Positions 29,169 through 40,223 of a stretch of 64,000 bases of DNA are shown in pieces. Below the pieces are notes generated by a model. That model was given only the letters and a program-made list of their open reading frames with translations. It had not been told where the DNA came from and made no database searches. Each line of letters starts with the position of its first letter. Position 1 is the stretch's first letter. The position numbers and the translations under genes are program-made. This DNA comes from Sulfolobales archaeon (lineage in GTDB: Archaea > Thermoproteota > Thermoprotei_A > Sulfolobales > AG1): contig JAWBYA010000001.1 of the NCBI GenBank assembly GCA_038867615.1, forward strand, positions 160,001-224,000. The letters run 5' to 3'.

Positions 29169-30428
29169 CTACACCCCGTAGAAGTCCTGGTCATAGAGTC
29201 CATGTCCACTCAGGTTCACTAGAATCGTTATCTCCCTATCACCAGCCTTCTTAGCCTCCTCTATAGCGGCTGCTATTGCGTGGGCACTCTCGGGTGCCGG
29301 TAATATCCCTTCGGATCTGTAGAATAGTAGTCCAGCCTCCCTAGCCTGGTCGGGTGTATAGGCTCTGGGTTCTACAAACCCCTCCATAATCAGTATTGAG
29401 AGGCTTGGAGCGACGCCATGGTATCTCAGCCCTGCTGCCCTTATAGATGGGGGGATGAAGTTCCTGCCAAGCGTGAGCATCTTTATCATTGGGAGGGCTC
29501 CGCCTGTGTCGGGGTGTTCATACATATAGGCTCCTTTGGTCATCTTTGGAACCAGGCTGCTCTCTGCACCAACTATTCTGGGGGGCTTCTCTCCCCTCCT
29601 AATAGCCTCGCCGTAGAATGGGTAGGAGATCCCGGCTAGGTTTGACCCGCCGCCTACACAGCCTATTATTACGGAGGGCTCTTCACCCTCTCTCCTCATC
29701 TGCTCCATAGCCTCAAGGCCTATCACGCTCTGGTGGATCAATACGTATTCCATAACACTCCCAGGGATATACCTCTTAGACCAAGGATCCTTGAGGACTG
29801 TCTCAACAGCCTCGCTGATCGCTATACCAAGACTGCCTGGATGGTTTGGGTCTTGTTTTAGGAAACCCCTGCCAGTCTCTGTTAGATCCGAGGGGCTTGG
29901 ATAAACCTCAGCCCCGTTCTCCATCATGAGCTTTACTCTCTTACTCTTAGACAGATAGCTAGATCTGGTCATAAAGATCTGTGACTTCAGTCCCAGCATA
30001 TTTGAGGCTATAGATACAGCCAGTCCCCACTGCCCCGCACCAGTCTCGGTAACTACAACGCCATAGCCTTCTTTATATGTGTAGTATGCCTGGGCGACAG
30101 CGGTGTTGAGTTTATGGCTCCCGCTTGGTAGGGAGCCTTCGTATTTATAATAGATCTTTGCCCGTGTGTTGAGGAGCTTCTCAAGCCCTCTAGCCCTTAG
30201 GAGTGGTGTTGGTCTCCCTATCTCTCTATATATGTTTCTAACATCTGCTGGGATCTCTATATATCGTTCGAAGGAGAACTCCTGGTCTATTAGGTGGTGT
30301 GGGAGGATCTCTTTAAGCCTGTCTACGAGCGATGACTCAGAGTCTAGAGGATCTATAGGGGGTGGGACTGGTCTTGGTAGGTCTGGTGCTATGTTATACC
30401 AATACCTCGGGATCAGATCCTCGCCCAT
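29169..30428 (-). CDS. trpB: Tryptophan synthase beta chain, TrpB2 type
   Basis: PRYWYNIAPDLP, GSHKLNTAVAQAYY, TETGAGQWG, GCVGGGSN, APESAHA, NLSGHG. Confidence 0.95.
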   Translation of the reverse strand: MGEDLIPRYWYNIAPDLPRPVPPPIDPLDSESSLVDRLKEILPHHLIDQEFSFERYIEIPADVRNIYREIGRPTPLLRARGLEKLLNTRAKIYYKYEGSLPSGSHKLNTAVAQAYYTYKEGYGVVVTETGAGQWGLAVSIASNMLGLKSQIFMTRSSYLSKSKRVKLMMENGAEVYPSPSDLTETGRGFLKQDPNHPGSLGIAISEAVETVLKDPWSKRYIPGSVMEYVLIHQSVIGLEAMEQMRREGEEPSVIIGCVGGGSNLAGISYPFYGEAIRRGEKPPRIVGAESSLVPKMTKGAYMYEHPDTGGALPMIKMLTLGRNFIPPSIRAAGLRYHGVAPSLSILIMEGFVEPRAYTPDQAREAGLLFYRSEGILPAPESAHAIAAAIEEAKKAGDREITILVNLSGHGLYDQDFYGV

Positions 30429-30434
30429 CGCTCC

Positions 30435-31178
30435 TCAACCCCTTATCGCGTTCGAGAGGCTTCTAACGAAATCCACAGCATTGCTGGGATCTCTACCAAG
30501 TCTCCTGATCACCTCGCTCCCCACCACAGCTATATCAGCACCCCCTCTGAGTATCGCTATAAGCCTGTCGGCGCTGTTTATGCCGAAGCCAACTGCTAGT
30601 GGGGCTCTGCCTTTTATTAGCTCCCTAGCTATCGATATGTTTCTCAGAACCTGTATTGGAAGGCTAGTCCCTGTTGATGCCTGGAGTCCGAGATAGATCA
30701 TGTATGGCTCTAGCTCTGAGATCTTCTCTACAAGCTTGTAGGGGGTTTTTGATGATATAAAGAAGCACGGCTCGAGACCATAATCTCTCGAAGCCTTTGT
30801 ATATAGATCAAGCTTCTCTGGGTACTCTATCAGGAGGTCTGGTGTTAGGAGACATTTGAAACCGAGATCCGCTATAGATCCTAGGATCTTGCTGAGATCC
30901 GCGCCTATCTCTGAATAGTACGCTAGGGCTACTAGATCGCATTTAAGCTTTGACAGTTCCGAGTAGCTCTTTATATGCTGGGGCAGAACACCTTTTCCAA
31001 GGATCTCCCTATGGGCTTTCCGTATAACGGGGCCATCGTATATGGGGCTGCGTGTCGGTATTCCTATTTCTAGCATATCTATAAGGTTGCTGATCAAGCC
31101 GATATATTCGAGGAACGTTTTGGGTTCAGGATATCCTAGGGGTATGTATATACCTAACCTCTTACCATTTAGATCCAT
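30435..31178 (-). CDS. trpA: Tryptophan synthase alpha chain
   Basis: LEIGIP...DGPVI, PDLL, VGFGI, VVGS. Confidence 0.93.
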   Translation of the reverse strand: MDLNGKRLGIYIPLGYPEPKTFLEYIGLISNLIDMLEIGIPTRSPIYDGPVIRKAHREILGKGVLPQHIKSYSELSKLKCDLVALAYYSEIGADLSKILGSIADLGFKCLLTPDLLIEYPEKLDLYTKASRDYGLEPCFFISSKTPYKLVEKISELEPYMIYLGLQASTGTSLPIQVLRNISIARELIKGRAPLAVGFGINSADRLIAILRGGADIAVVGSEVIRRLGRDPSNAVDFVRSLSNAIRG

Positions 31179-31320
31179 TGGCGCATCTCAAAACCCTCGG
31201 AGGTAACTTTATTAAGAATGCTTATAAGTTTATCACTGCTTATGATTAGAGCGTGTTACGCAGAGATCTCTGTTCCAAGCATCTATATATGCTTCGAATG
31301 ATAATGGATCGTGTGGGAGT

Positions 31321-32352
31321 ATGAGGGCGGTTTTTCTAACCGGACTCGGCGGTTATGAGGTGCTTGTGGAGAAAGAGACCGATGTCCCCAAGATCTCTGG
31401 CAATGAGGTGCTGATAAGGGTTAGGGGTTGTGGTGTTTGTTATAGAGATACTCTTGTCAGGAGGGGTTTTATGAGGGCAAGGATCCCAGTGATACTTGGT
31501 CACGAGGTTTCTGGAGAGATCGTCGAGGTTGGGGATAGTGTTGAGGGTTTCTCTAAGGGTGATCTTGTTGCGTCTCTCATTTACTCATACGATCCTCGTG
31601 ATAAGAGCTGTGCCGGTGGGAGAGAGAATATATGTAGATCCAGGATCTCGATTGGCGAGGATAGGGATGGGTGCTACGCCGAATATATAGCTCTACCATA
31701 CTGGGTTCTTGAGAATATAGGAAGCCCGGGTAACGCGCCGCCAGAGAGTTATAGCATAGCGGCATGTGTTGTCGGAACAGCTGTGAGGGCGGTTAAAACC
31801 ATAGGCAGGATCTCGCAGGGAGAGAGCGTCCTGGTAACAGGTGCAGGGGGAGGGGTGGGGATACACGCGATCCAGGTTGCCAAGGCCCTCGGAGCCAGGG
31901 TTATAGCTGCTACGAGGAGTCCTGAGAAGGCCGAGGTTATTAGAAAGGCCGGGGCTGATGATCTCATAATATATAGAGAGGGGTTCTCTGAGGAGGTTAG
32001 AAAGTTAACAGACGGGGAAGGGGTAGACCTTATCGTCGAAACAGTTGGGGGTCCAACGCTGGAGCAGTCGCTGAGATCTGCTAAGAGGGGTGGCAGGATC
32101 GTTGTTATAGGTAATGTTGATCCAAAACCGCAGGGAGTACTTCTAGGTCTAATTATATTGAGAGAGATACACATACACGGGGTGTTGAACTCAACACACA
32201 CGGAGCTGAGAGAAGCAATAGACATGATCAAGAGGGGCCTTGTGAAACCCGTTATAAATACGATAGATCTCAGCGAGGAGAGTGTTAGGAAGAGTCACCA
32301 AGATCTAGAGAGAGGAGGCTCTATAGGCAGGTATGTGATCACACCTAAATAG
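31321..32352 (+). CDS. Zn-dependent MDR oxidoreductase, acryloyl-CoA reductase-like
   Basis: CYRD, GHE, TGAGGGVG; CYRD and SLIY..D resemble Sulfolobales acryloyl-CoA reductase. Confidence 0.8.
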   Translation: MRAVFLTGLGGYEVLVEKETDVPKISGNEVLIRVRGCGVCYRDTLVRRGFMRARIPVILGHEVSGEIVEVGDSVEGFSKGDLVASLIYSYDPRDKSCAGGRENICRSRISIGEDRDGCYAEYIALPYWVLENIGSPGNAPPESYSIAACVVGTAVRAVKTIGRISQGESVLVTGAGGGVGIHAIQVAKALGARVIAATRSPEKAEVIRKAGADDLIIYREGFSEEVRKLTDGEGVDLIVETVGGPTLEQSLRSAKRGGRIVVIGNVDPKPQGVLLGLIILREIHIHGVLNSTHTELREAIDMIKRGLVKPVINTIDLSEESVRKSHQDLERGGSIGRYVITPK

Positions 32353-32450
32353 ATGTTTAGATGTAATTCATTTATCGCTCACAGCAAAGCCATGTCCTAC
32401 TTATCTGGCAGTGGTAAAGCATATAGGCTGAAAACAATCTATATTTTGGA

Positions 32451-32550
<100 letters not shown>

Positions 32551-32654
32551 CTATCAAAAACCCTATCTTTAGTTACATGGTATCCTCTCTAATCTAACCG
32601 ATCAAATTGAAGTGCTACGAGTTATAAACCCTAGCTGTTATGTCTAGCCGTGTT

Positions 32655-33716
32655 TTAGGTAGAGGCGGTTCCAGGGTCTCTGGTGCCTGGTTTAAAGATC
32701 TTCTCTCTTCCTTCTACAATGCCCATCCATCTCCATATGATCCTCACTACTATTGATGGTGGTTCTGGGGATCGTTTCTCGATATCATGTATCTTCATGT
32801 TGAGGGGAACCCTGACTATGCCTCTTTTGCTGGGCTTCTCAACAGCTCTCCCAATCACTGTTCCTCTCCAGATTGCTACTATGTTTAGTTCTTTGGCCTC
32901 AAAATCTCCTTTATTCTCGAACCCTACTAGTAGTTCCCGTCCTTCTTGTGATAGCTCTATATCTCCTATAATATATTCTGGGGATTTCTTGTTACTTGTA
33001 CCTATGAAAACCCACGGGATCTTTATCGTGCACTCGCTTTCAGGGCAGTTGCTTTCAAGCTCTAGCTCTTCTTTGCCATCGGCAATGGTTCCATATAGTC
33101 TTAGAGATAGCTCTGTGGGTGAGTTGAGGGAGAGTCTCCTCACAGTTTTGTTCATGGATAGGCTGAGTTTTATGTCAGCCCTTTTGCTGGGGATCACTAT
33201 ACCGCCTATCGTGAGATCGCCTCCGCTGAAGCTCCTAGCGTTCAGATAGATCCTTTCCCCTCCTCGGAGTAGGTAGGGGCCTATATACACCTTATTCTGG
33301 CTCTCAACATGTCCCGCATCCATGTTGGGGGGATATATTGTTATCAAAGATATCCCATCGATCAGTATGTCGAGGTCCCTTGATTCTATATCTATCTCGG
33401 CTCTATCCTGGAGCTTGCTCTTTATGGGTGTGAGATCATAAACGAATATTGAGTGAAATGTGTTTTGCAGCTGGAGCTCGTTAACAGGCCTGGCTATTCT
33501 CGATATGCTGAAACCATTTATAGCGATTTTAAGCCTGGAGTTATATATGCTTCTACTAGTCTTCATAGATACTAGAAGGATAGCCCCGACTATATCTCCC
33601 CCAACATCTCTCTCTACCTCCAGGGTTGTAGAAAAGGGTTTCGAGACTGTTACTCTCTCCTCTACATCGTGGTTGGATATAGAGCCAAACCCTGGCCCTA
33701 GATCTATCTCGGCCAA
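32655..33716 (-). CDS. Hypothetical beta-rich protein
   Basis: 353-aa ORF, no recognised motif. Confidence 0.7.
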   Translation of the reverse strand: MAEIDLGPGFGSISNHDVEERVTVSKPFSTTLEVERDVGGDIVGAILLVSMKTSRSIYNSRLKIAINGFSISRIARPVNELQLQNTFHSIFVYDLTPIKSKLQDRAEIDIESRDLDILIDGISLITIYPPNMDAGHVESQNKVYIGPYLLRGGERIYLNARSFSGGDLTIGGIVIPSKRADIKLSLSMNKTVRRLSLNSPTELSLRLYGTIADGKEELELESNCPESECTIKIPWVFIGTSNKKSPEYIIGDIELSQEGRELLVGFENKGDFEAKELNIVAIWRGTVIGRAVEKPSKRGIVRVPLNMKIHDIEKRSPEPPSIVVRIIWRWMGIVEGREKIFKPGTRDPGTAST

Positions 33717-34146
33717 TTGTGTGCACTTCCAATCACTAGTAGTTTAGCGCAATTTTTATTTAAGTGCTCTAGTAGACAGGATCTCTGTGGCGAGCTGTCT
33801 CGTTTCTAATAATCTTTCTAGTGATACCCTAGATATTATTATAATCTTTAGTGTTCATAACTATGATGCTCTTCATAGTCCTAGATGCTGGAGGGCCCGG
33901 GTTTCCTCATAACCAAGAGAGTGATTCGCGACTTTGATATCTTGGTGGTGAGTTTGTTTCTATACGATGTTGGATCTCGTGGGGATTTGCCCTAAACATT
34001 TCGAGGTTTATCTTAGCATCCTTAATTGATCCCTGTGCAGGTGAGGATACGATCCTCGGATATGGGTGAATACCAGTTACCTGGGTTTACGGAAATCCGG
34101 TAAGTTGTTACGACATCGATCTCTATGGTCTCCTAGATCATACCGT

Positions 34147-35115
34147 CTATTCCGTCACATCAGTTACTCCGGTTTCGGTTATCATGAAGATAGCCTCTCC
34201 CTCAGGTAGGTGGGGTGCATCTATGACTCTTGCTATCCTCTTATTCCCTCTACTCTTTCTAAGCTGAACCCTGACTCCGGGGGCGTGTCCAAGTATATGG
34301 CCTCCGACAGCTACTGTGGGGTCTCCGTAGAATACGTCTGGCCTAGCCATAACCTGGTTTGTGACGACAGCGGCTATGTTGAAGACCTCTGCCAGGTTTT
34401 GTAGCTGGTGTAGGTGTTTATTGAGCTTCTGCTGCCTCACAGCTAGGTTCTCTCTACCGGGGTATTCTGCTCTGAAATGCCCTGTTACTGAGTCGATTAT
34501 AACTAGCTTTATATTCTTCTCTGGTATGAGTTCTTTGAGTTCTTCGACTATGGCCATTTGGTGATCGCTGCTAACAGCCCTTATGAAGTAGATCTTATCC
34601 ATGACCTCGTCAGGGTCTAGACCTTTCCCTCTAGCCATAGCCTCGATCCTCTCCCACCTGAAAGTCCCCTCGGTATCTATATACACGGCCGTCCCTCCAA
34701 GACCGCCTTTCTCGACGGGGAGCTGGACGTTTACTGCTAGCTGGTGGCAGAGCTGTGTCTTCCCAGTACCGAACTCTCCGAAGAATTCTGTGATTGTTTT
34801 TGTCTCCACACCTCCTCCTAGGAGCTGGTCAAGGGCTTTACTCCCAGTGGTTATCCTACCTATATTCATTCTCTCTAGCTTGACCTCCTTGGCTGTTTTG
34901 AATCTTATATCCAGGGCCTCTCTAGCAGCGTTTATGATCTTCATCGCCGTTGGGAGGGGTATTCCTAGCGTTACACTAAGATCCTGAGCGCTGGCTGTCA
35001 CGAGAGATTCGAGGCTCGTGTAGCCGGAATCCTTGAGCTTAGCGACAATGCTTGGCGATATATCGAGATCATCGATGCTCTTTATCTTTTTACCAGCTTT
35101 CTCCTCACCCTGCAC
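34147..35115 (-). CDS. radA: DNA repair and recombination protein RadA
   Basis: [53 protein letters not shown]. Confidence 0.98.
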   Translation of the reverse strand: MQGEEKAGKKIKSIDDLDISPSIVAKLKDSGYTSLESLVTASAQDLSVTLGIPLPTAMKIINAAREALDIRFKTAKEVKLERMNIGRITTGSKALDQLLGGGVETKTITEFFGEFGTGKTQLCHQLAVNVQLPVEKGGLGGTAVYIDTEGTFRWERIEAMARGKGLDPDEVMDKIYFIRAVSSDHQMAIVEELKELIPEKNIKLVIIDSVTGHFRAEYPGRENLAVRQQKLNKHLHQLQNLAEVFNIAAVVTNQVMARPDVFYGDPTVAVGGHILGHAPGVRVQLRKSRGNKRIARVIDAPHLPEGEAIFMITETGVTDVTE

Positions 35116-35258
35116 TCCTAATCCCCAAATAATATTTGGGAATACTAAATATTAACGTTAGCCGTGATGATTTTCCCAGGCTGGTGAGTAGGATTCGTGG
35201 TTCTCTAGATATTAGGTAGTAGCTAAATAGCTCTAAGCGTATATAGGAATGGATATCC

Positions 35259-35525
35259 ATGGATACATGGCTAGCAGCCCTTGTAATGGCTCTGGTTGGT
35301 ATATTATTAATAGGACTCGGGGTCTTCATAACCCTCTACCAGAGATCTAGATATGGTGCTCCCGAGAGCGAGGGTAGAGCGTATGGTGTTGTACTCATAG
35401 GACCTTTACCGATAATTATTAAGGGGAAGGGGTCTGCTGCGTGGTTCATGTTGGTGGTATTTCTAACTATAATCCTGGTCATGGTTATCGCTGTGCTGAT
35501 CAATATACTCGGTGTACTACGCTGA
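35259..35525 (+). CDS. DUF131 (TIGR00304) small membrane protein
   Basis: GVVLIGPLPII between two TM helices. Confidence 0.8.
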   Translation: MDTWLAALVMALVGILLIGLGVFITLYQRSRYGAPESEGRAYGVVLIGPLPIIIKGKGSAAWFMLVVFLTIILVMVIAVLINILGVLR

Positions 35526-35610
35526 TTAGCATGCAGCAATACTCATAATACTCAGCTCTAGAGGATATGGTTGTTTATTAATCCTGCTGTTAAGGCTTAT
35601 GTGAGGAGCT

Positions 35611-36444
35611 ATGGTTATAGGCTTCGCATACAGCGTTAACGATATAGCTGGAAGGGGTATTGCTGAGAAGCTCGTTGAGATCCTGGGTCTCAAATGCTCA
35701 GAGAATCTTCAGGGAAGGGCTAGAAGGGTTTGTGGGGAGCCTCTCAGAGTAGCAGGGTTTATAGATGATGTGATATATCTAGAATATCTCGACTCCTATT
35801 TTAATGGATACTCAGGGGTTGTTGTGCTCTCAAGACACAGAGCATCGTCAGGAACACCTAGTCTCACGGTACACCATACCGGGAACCCCGGGGATAGTGC
35901 TCTATATGGCGGCAGACCTTGGAAGCTTGGTGTCAGCTTCCCCAGCCTTGGATCCTCTCTCCTCTATATGGTAAACCTGGAGGCTGGTTCCAGAGGGTCT
36001 GGTTTCTTCAGCATATCTTACGAGGCTACGCATCACGGGCCCACGGATAACGCTATCCCGGTGGTTTTCGCCGAGATAGGATCTTCTGAGAAGGAGTGGG
36101 GTTTGGAGGAGGCGCACGAGACATGGGCTAGAGCAATTGCTAGGGTTCTTGATAGTAGGATTGGGTGCTCATCAATATCGATCGGTCTTGGAGGTAACCA
36201 CTACCCTGCGAGATTTACAGAGCTTACTCTGCGTAAGAACGTGTGTTTCGGTCACATAATACCAAGATATGCTCTTAAAAATCTGAGCGAGAATGCCGTG
36301 GGTAGCCTGGTTGAACAGGCTATTCTAGCCAGTGCTGAGAAGATTGAGAAGATATATATGGAGGAGAAAGCTGCCCAAGCAAGCAAGGTGAGGGTCATAG
36401 AGAGTGTTGCTGAGAAGCTCAACATAGATCTTGAGATCCTCTGA
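35611..36444 (+). CDS. dtdA: D-aminoacyl-tRNA deacylase (DTD2)
   Basis: SRHRASSG, SLTVHHTGN, EATHHGPT, FAEIGS, GGNHY, FGHIIPRY. Confidence 0.93.
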   Translation: MVIGFAYSVNDIAGRGIAEKLVEILGLKCSENLQGRARRVCGEPLRVAGFIDDVIYLEYLDSYFNGYSGVVVLSRHRASSGTPSLTVHHTGNPGDSALYGGRPWKLGVSFPSLGSSLLYMVNLEAGSRGSGFFSISYEATHHGPTDNAIPVVFAEIGSSEKEWGLEEAHETWARAIARVLDSRIGCSSISIGLGGNHYPARFTELTLRKNVCFGHIIPRYALKNLSENAVGSLVEQAILASAEKIEKIYMEEKAAQASKVRVIESVAEKLNIDLEIL

Positions 36445-36459
36445 GGGTTTAGTAGCACT

Positions 36460-37215
36460 ATGTTGAAACTCTACTTCCTAGGGACAGGGGCTGGAGCGCC
36501 AACAACCAGGAGATGGGCTTCTTCAACAGCGCTCTCTGTCTCTTCGTCATACTATCTACTCGACTGCGGAGAGGGATGCCAGCTCAGGATGTCCTCGCTC
36601 GGTATCTCCCCTCTGAAGATAGCTGCTATATTTATTACCCACGCACACGGGGATCACGTGCTCGGCCTCGCCCCCTTGGTGGAGAGCATGTCACACCATG
36701 GAAGGAGGGATCCTCTATATTTAGTAGCACCACAAGGCGTGGATCGTTTGATTGAGGAGACAATAAGGATCACGGGTGGAGGTATGGATTTCGACCTTAT
36801 TGTTAAGAGCCCAAGTGATGGTTATGATGATAGAAATATCTCTGTGAAGGGCTATAGGGTGTGTCATAGCACTGATAGCTGGGGCTATAGGATGTCGATC
36901 AAGAAGAAGAAGCTTGATATATGCTATACGGGAGATACTATGGCGTGTGAGGAGGTTATTGAGGCTTGTAGGGGTGTGGATATACTGATCCACGAGGCCA
37001 CCTTTATCCAGGAGAACGAGGCTGAGGCGAGATCCTATATGCACTCAACAGCCAGAGATGCTGCTAGAGTAGCGTTAGAGGTTGGTGCTAGGTATCTCTA
37101 CCTAACACATATAAGCTCTCGTATCAAGGATCCAGAGGATCTTATTAGGGAGGCTAGAGAGGTTTTCAAAAACACGAGGGTTGCTAGCGATATGATGGTA
37201 ACATATATATTATAA
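36460..37215 (+). CDS. rnz: Ribonuclease Z
   Basis: FLGTGAGAP, LDCGEG, THAHGDH, YTGDT, IHEATF, HST, LTHISSR. Confidence 0.92.
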   Translation: MLKLYFLGTGAGAPTTRRWASSTALSVSSSYYLLDCGEGCQLRMSSLGISPLKIAAIFITHAHGDHVLGLAPLVESMSHHGRRDPLYLVAPQGVDRLIEETIRITGGGMDFDLIVKSPSDGYDDRNISVKGYRVCHSTDSWGYRMSIKKKKLDICYTGDTMACEEVIEACRGVDILIHEATFIQENEAEARSYMHSTARDAARVALEVGARYLYLTHISSRIKDPEDLIREAREVFKNTRVASDMMVTYIL

Positions 37216-37295
37216 CCTTCAAACCACTATACTTGATCCTTCATATAGGGTTTAATAGATTATATAGCTGATACTAGTTTACTCACTCTATCTTA

Positions 37296-37330
37296 TATAC
37301 ATATATGTATAAATACATATGCTTATATAC
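37296..37330 (+). promoter_or_regulatory. Palindromic putative operator plus TATA box upstream of coxS
   Basis: Perfect 16-bp palindrome TATACATATATGTATA (37296-37311), overlapping near-palindrome ATATGTATAAATACATAT (37303-37320), then CTTATATA. Confidence 0.5.
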
Positions 37331-37359
37331 CCCTTAATACATGAATACGGGGTGAGGCT

Positions 37360-37857
37360 TTGGAAGCCCTTGAGAGGGTTAGAATTACTGTTAAGGTTAA
37401 CGGCAAGATCTACACACACGATGTAGACCCCAGGCTCTTGCTAGTGCATTACATAAGAGACTATCTAGGGCTCACTGGAACACATGTCGGGTGCGACACG
37501 TCTAACTGCGGAGCATGCACCGTGATACTAAATGGCAAGGCTGTCAAATCATGCACGCTATACGCCTTCATGGCTGATGGTGGGGAGATATTAACGGTAG
37601 AGGGGTTGGAGAAGGATGGCAAGCTCCACCCGATCCAGGAGGCTTTCTGGGAGAACCATGCTCTCCAATGCGGCTTCTGCACTCCTGGGATGATAATGGC
37701 TCTCTATGACTTCCTCGGCAGGAACCCGAGGCCTACTGAGGAGGAGGTTAGAAGGGCTATTGAGGGTAACCTGTGCAGGTGCACAGGTTATCAAAACATA
37801 GTTAAGGCGGCTCTCTGGGCTGCCGAGAGGATGAGGGGTGGGGGTGGGGATGAGTGA
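37360..37857 (+). CDS. coxS: Molybdenum hydroxylase small [2Fe-2S] subunit (CoxS/CutS)
   Basis: [33 protein letters not shown]. Confidence 0.93.
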   Translation: MEALERVRITVKVNGKIYTHDVDPRLLLVHYIRDYLGLTGTHVGCDTSNCGACTVILNGKAVKSCTLYAFMADGGEILTVEGLEKDGKLHPIQEAFWENHALQCGFCTPGMIMALYDFLGRNPRPTEEEVRRAIEGNLCRCTGYQNIVKAALWAAERMRGGGGDE

Positions 37858-40223
37858 GTTTCATACATAGGGCTAGGGAAGCCCGTCATATCGGGAAGCC
37901 TGTTAAGAGGAAAGAGGATCCGAGGCTCATAACTGGTAGAGGATTATATGTTGATGATATAAAGCTTCCCGGCATGCTCTATGCAGCATTTGTGAGATCC
38001 CCGTATGCTCATGCAAAGATAAGAAGCATTGATGCTTCGAAGGCCCAGAAGATCCCTGGCGTTGTTGGTGTGTTCACGGGCAACGATCTTAGGGGGAAGA
38101 TCGGTCCTATACCTACGGGCTGGATGCTAACGGGAGCAGATCTCAAGGTTCCTGAATGGCCTGCTGTTGCGTATGATAGGGTTAGATTTGTTGGAGAAAT
38201 AGTTGCTGTGGTTGTTGCACAGGATCCATATGTTGCTAGAGACGCTGCAGACGCTGTAGAGGTTGATTACGAGCCTCTCCCTGCTGTTGTGAGATCCGAG
38301 GACGCTATAAAACCCGGTGCTCCGCAGCTCCACGAGGGTGTTCCTAACAACGTGGCTTTTAGGTGGAGGATGAGGGGTGGGGATGATTTCGACGAGGTTG
38401 CTAGAAAGGCTGGGAGGGTTATTAGGCGGAGGATGATCAATCAAAGGCTAATCCCATCCGCGATGGAGCCCAGGGGGGCTGTTGCTGAGTATAATAGATA
38501 TACTGGGGAGCTTACAATGTGGATCACTACCCAGAACCCCCATGTCCATAGGCTCTTCCTCTCAGGGATCCTAGGTATCCCTGAGAACAAGATCAGGGTT
38601 ATAGCACCGGATGTGGGCGGGGGTTTTGGGAGCAAGATCCCCGTATACCCCCTCGAGGCGATTGTTGGGAGAATGGCGATAGAGCTTGGGAGACCTGTTA
38701 AGTATGTCGAGACCAGGAGGGAGAACTTTGTGGGGACAATACATGGGAGAGATCATGTTGAGGATGTAGAGGTTGCGGTAGATGGTGAGGGGCATATCCA
38801 CGGAATCAGGGTCAAGACGCTGGCCAACATGGGGGCTTATCTAAGCACAGCTGCACCAGGGGTTCCGACAATACTGTTTGGAACAATGCTCTCTGGACCC
38901 TATAATATAAGATCTGTTGATGTCGATGTGATAGGCGTGTTTACAAACACAACACCTGTAGACGCCTATAGGGGTGCTGGGAGGCCTGAGGCAACATATA
39001 TCCTCGAGAGAGTCATGGATCTTGTGGCTAGGGAGCTTAAGCTAGACCCAGCCGAGGTTAGGAGAAGAAACATGATTCCTGAGGCACCCTATACAGCTGT
39101 GACAGGGCTTGTCTATGATAGTGGTAAGTATCTCGAGGTGTTTGAGAAAGCCCTCAAAATAGCTGACTACGAGGGTTGGAGGAGAAGACAGGAGGAGGCT
39201 AGAAGGGAGGGGAGGCTGATCGGGATAGGGATAGCATCATATATAGAGATGTGCGGCATCGCCCCCTCAAGAATAGCTAGAGCAACCGGGTTTGGTATGG
39301 GGCTGTGGGAAAGCGCTATAGTGAGGATACATCCAAGCGGTAAGGTTACAGTATTCACAGGTACAAGCCCTCACGGTCAGGGTGAGGATATAGCATTTGC
39401 ACAGATCGTTGCCGAGGAGCTCGGGATCTCTCCCGAAGATGTCGAGGTGGTGCATGGAGACACAGCCTCGGTTCAGTTCGGTCTAGGCACATATGGGAGC
39501 AGAACAACCCCTGTTGGCGGGGGTGCTATAGCGCTCGCGGCTAGGAGGGTTAGGGAGAAGGCGCGCAGGATAGCCGCAGCCCTTCTTGAGGCTAGGGAGG
39601 AGGATGTCATGGTTGAGGGTTCTAAGTTCTATGTCAAAGGCGCTCCCGAGAAGTTCGTCACACTACAGCAGGTTGCTCTTGAAGCATATACCGCTGATAA
39701 GCTACCACCAGGTGTTGAGCCCGGGCTTGAGGCTACAGTATTCTATGATCCTGAGAACTTCACCTTCCCCTATGGGACGCATATAGCTGTTGTCGAGGTT
39801 GATAGAGAAACCAAGGCTGTTAAGATCCTTAGGTATGTTGCTGTAGACGATGCTGGCGTGATCGTGAACCCAATGCTAGCAGAGGGACAGGTTATAGGAG
39901 GAGCTCTTCAGGGGATAGCTCAGGCTCTGTATGAGGAGGCTGTATATGATGATAGTGGTAACCTGCTAACAGCTGGTTTCAACGACTATCTAATACCAAC
40001 TGCTAAGGAGGCTCCCAAGATCGAGTCCTACTTCTACGAGACACCATCGCCCCACAACCCGCTTGGTGTGAAGGGTATTGGAGAGACAAGCACTATAGCG
40101 TCAACACCAGCAATAGTTAACGCTGTTCTTGACGCACTTGCTCATCTAGATATTAGGCATATAGATATGCCATTACTTCCAAGCAAGATATATTCAGCAT
40201 TGAGGGAGAAGGGGGTGGTGTGA
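37854..40223 (+). CDS. coxL: Molybdenum hydroxylase large subunit (form II CoxL-like)
   Basis: [31 protein letters not shown] (form II motif, not AYxCSFR), HGQG, GVKGIGE. Confidence 0.9.
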   Translation: MSFIHRAREARHIGKPVKRKEDPRLITGRGLYVDDIKLPGMLYAAFVRSPYAHAKIRSIDASKAQKIPGVVGVFTGNDLRGKIGPIPTGWMLTGADLKVPEWPAVAYDRVRFVGEIVAVVVAQDPYVARDAADAVEVDYEPLPAVVRSEDAIKPGAPQLHEGVPNNVAFRWRMRGGDDFDEVARKAGRVIRRRMINQRLIPSAMEPRGAVAEYNRYTGELTMWITTQNPHVHRLFLSGILGIPENKIRVIAPDVGGGFGSKIPVYPLEAIVGRMAIELGRPVKYVETRRENFVGTIHGRDHVEDVEVAVDGEGHIHGIRVKTLANMGAYLSTAAPGVPTILFGTMLSGPYNIRSVDVDVIGVFTNTTPVDAYRGAGRPEATYILERVMDLVARELKLDPAEVRRRNMIPEAPYTAVTGLVYDSGKYLEVFEKALKIADYEGWRRRQEEARREGRLIGIGIASYIEMCGIAPSRIARATGFGMGLWESAIVRIHPSGKVTVFTGTSPHGQGEDIAFAQIVAEELGISPEDVEVVHGDTASVQFGLGTYGSRTTPVGGGAIALAARRVREKARRIAAALLEAREEDVMVEGSKFYVKGAPEKFVTLQQVALEAYTADKLPPGVEPGLEATVFYDPENFTFPYGTHIAVVEVDRETKAVKILRYVAVDDAGVIVNPMLAEGQVIGGALQGIAQALYEEAVYDDSGNLLTAGFNDYLIPTAKEAPKIESYFYETPSPHNPLGVKGIGETSTIASTPAIVNAVLDALAHLDIRHIDMPLLPSKIYSALREKGVV

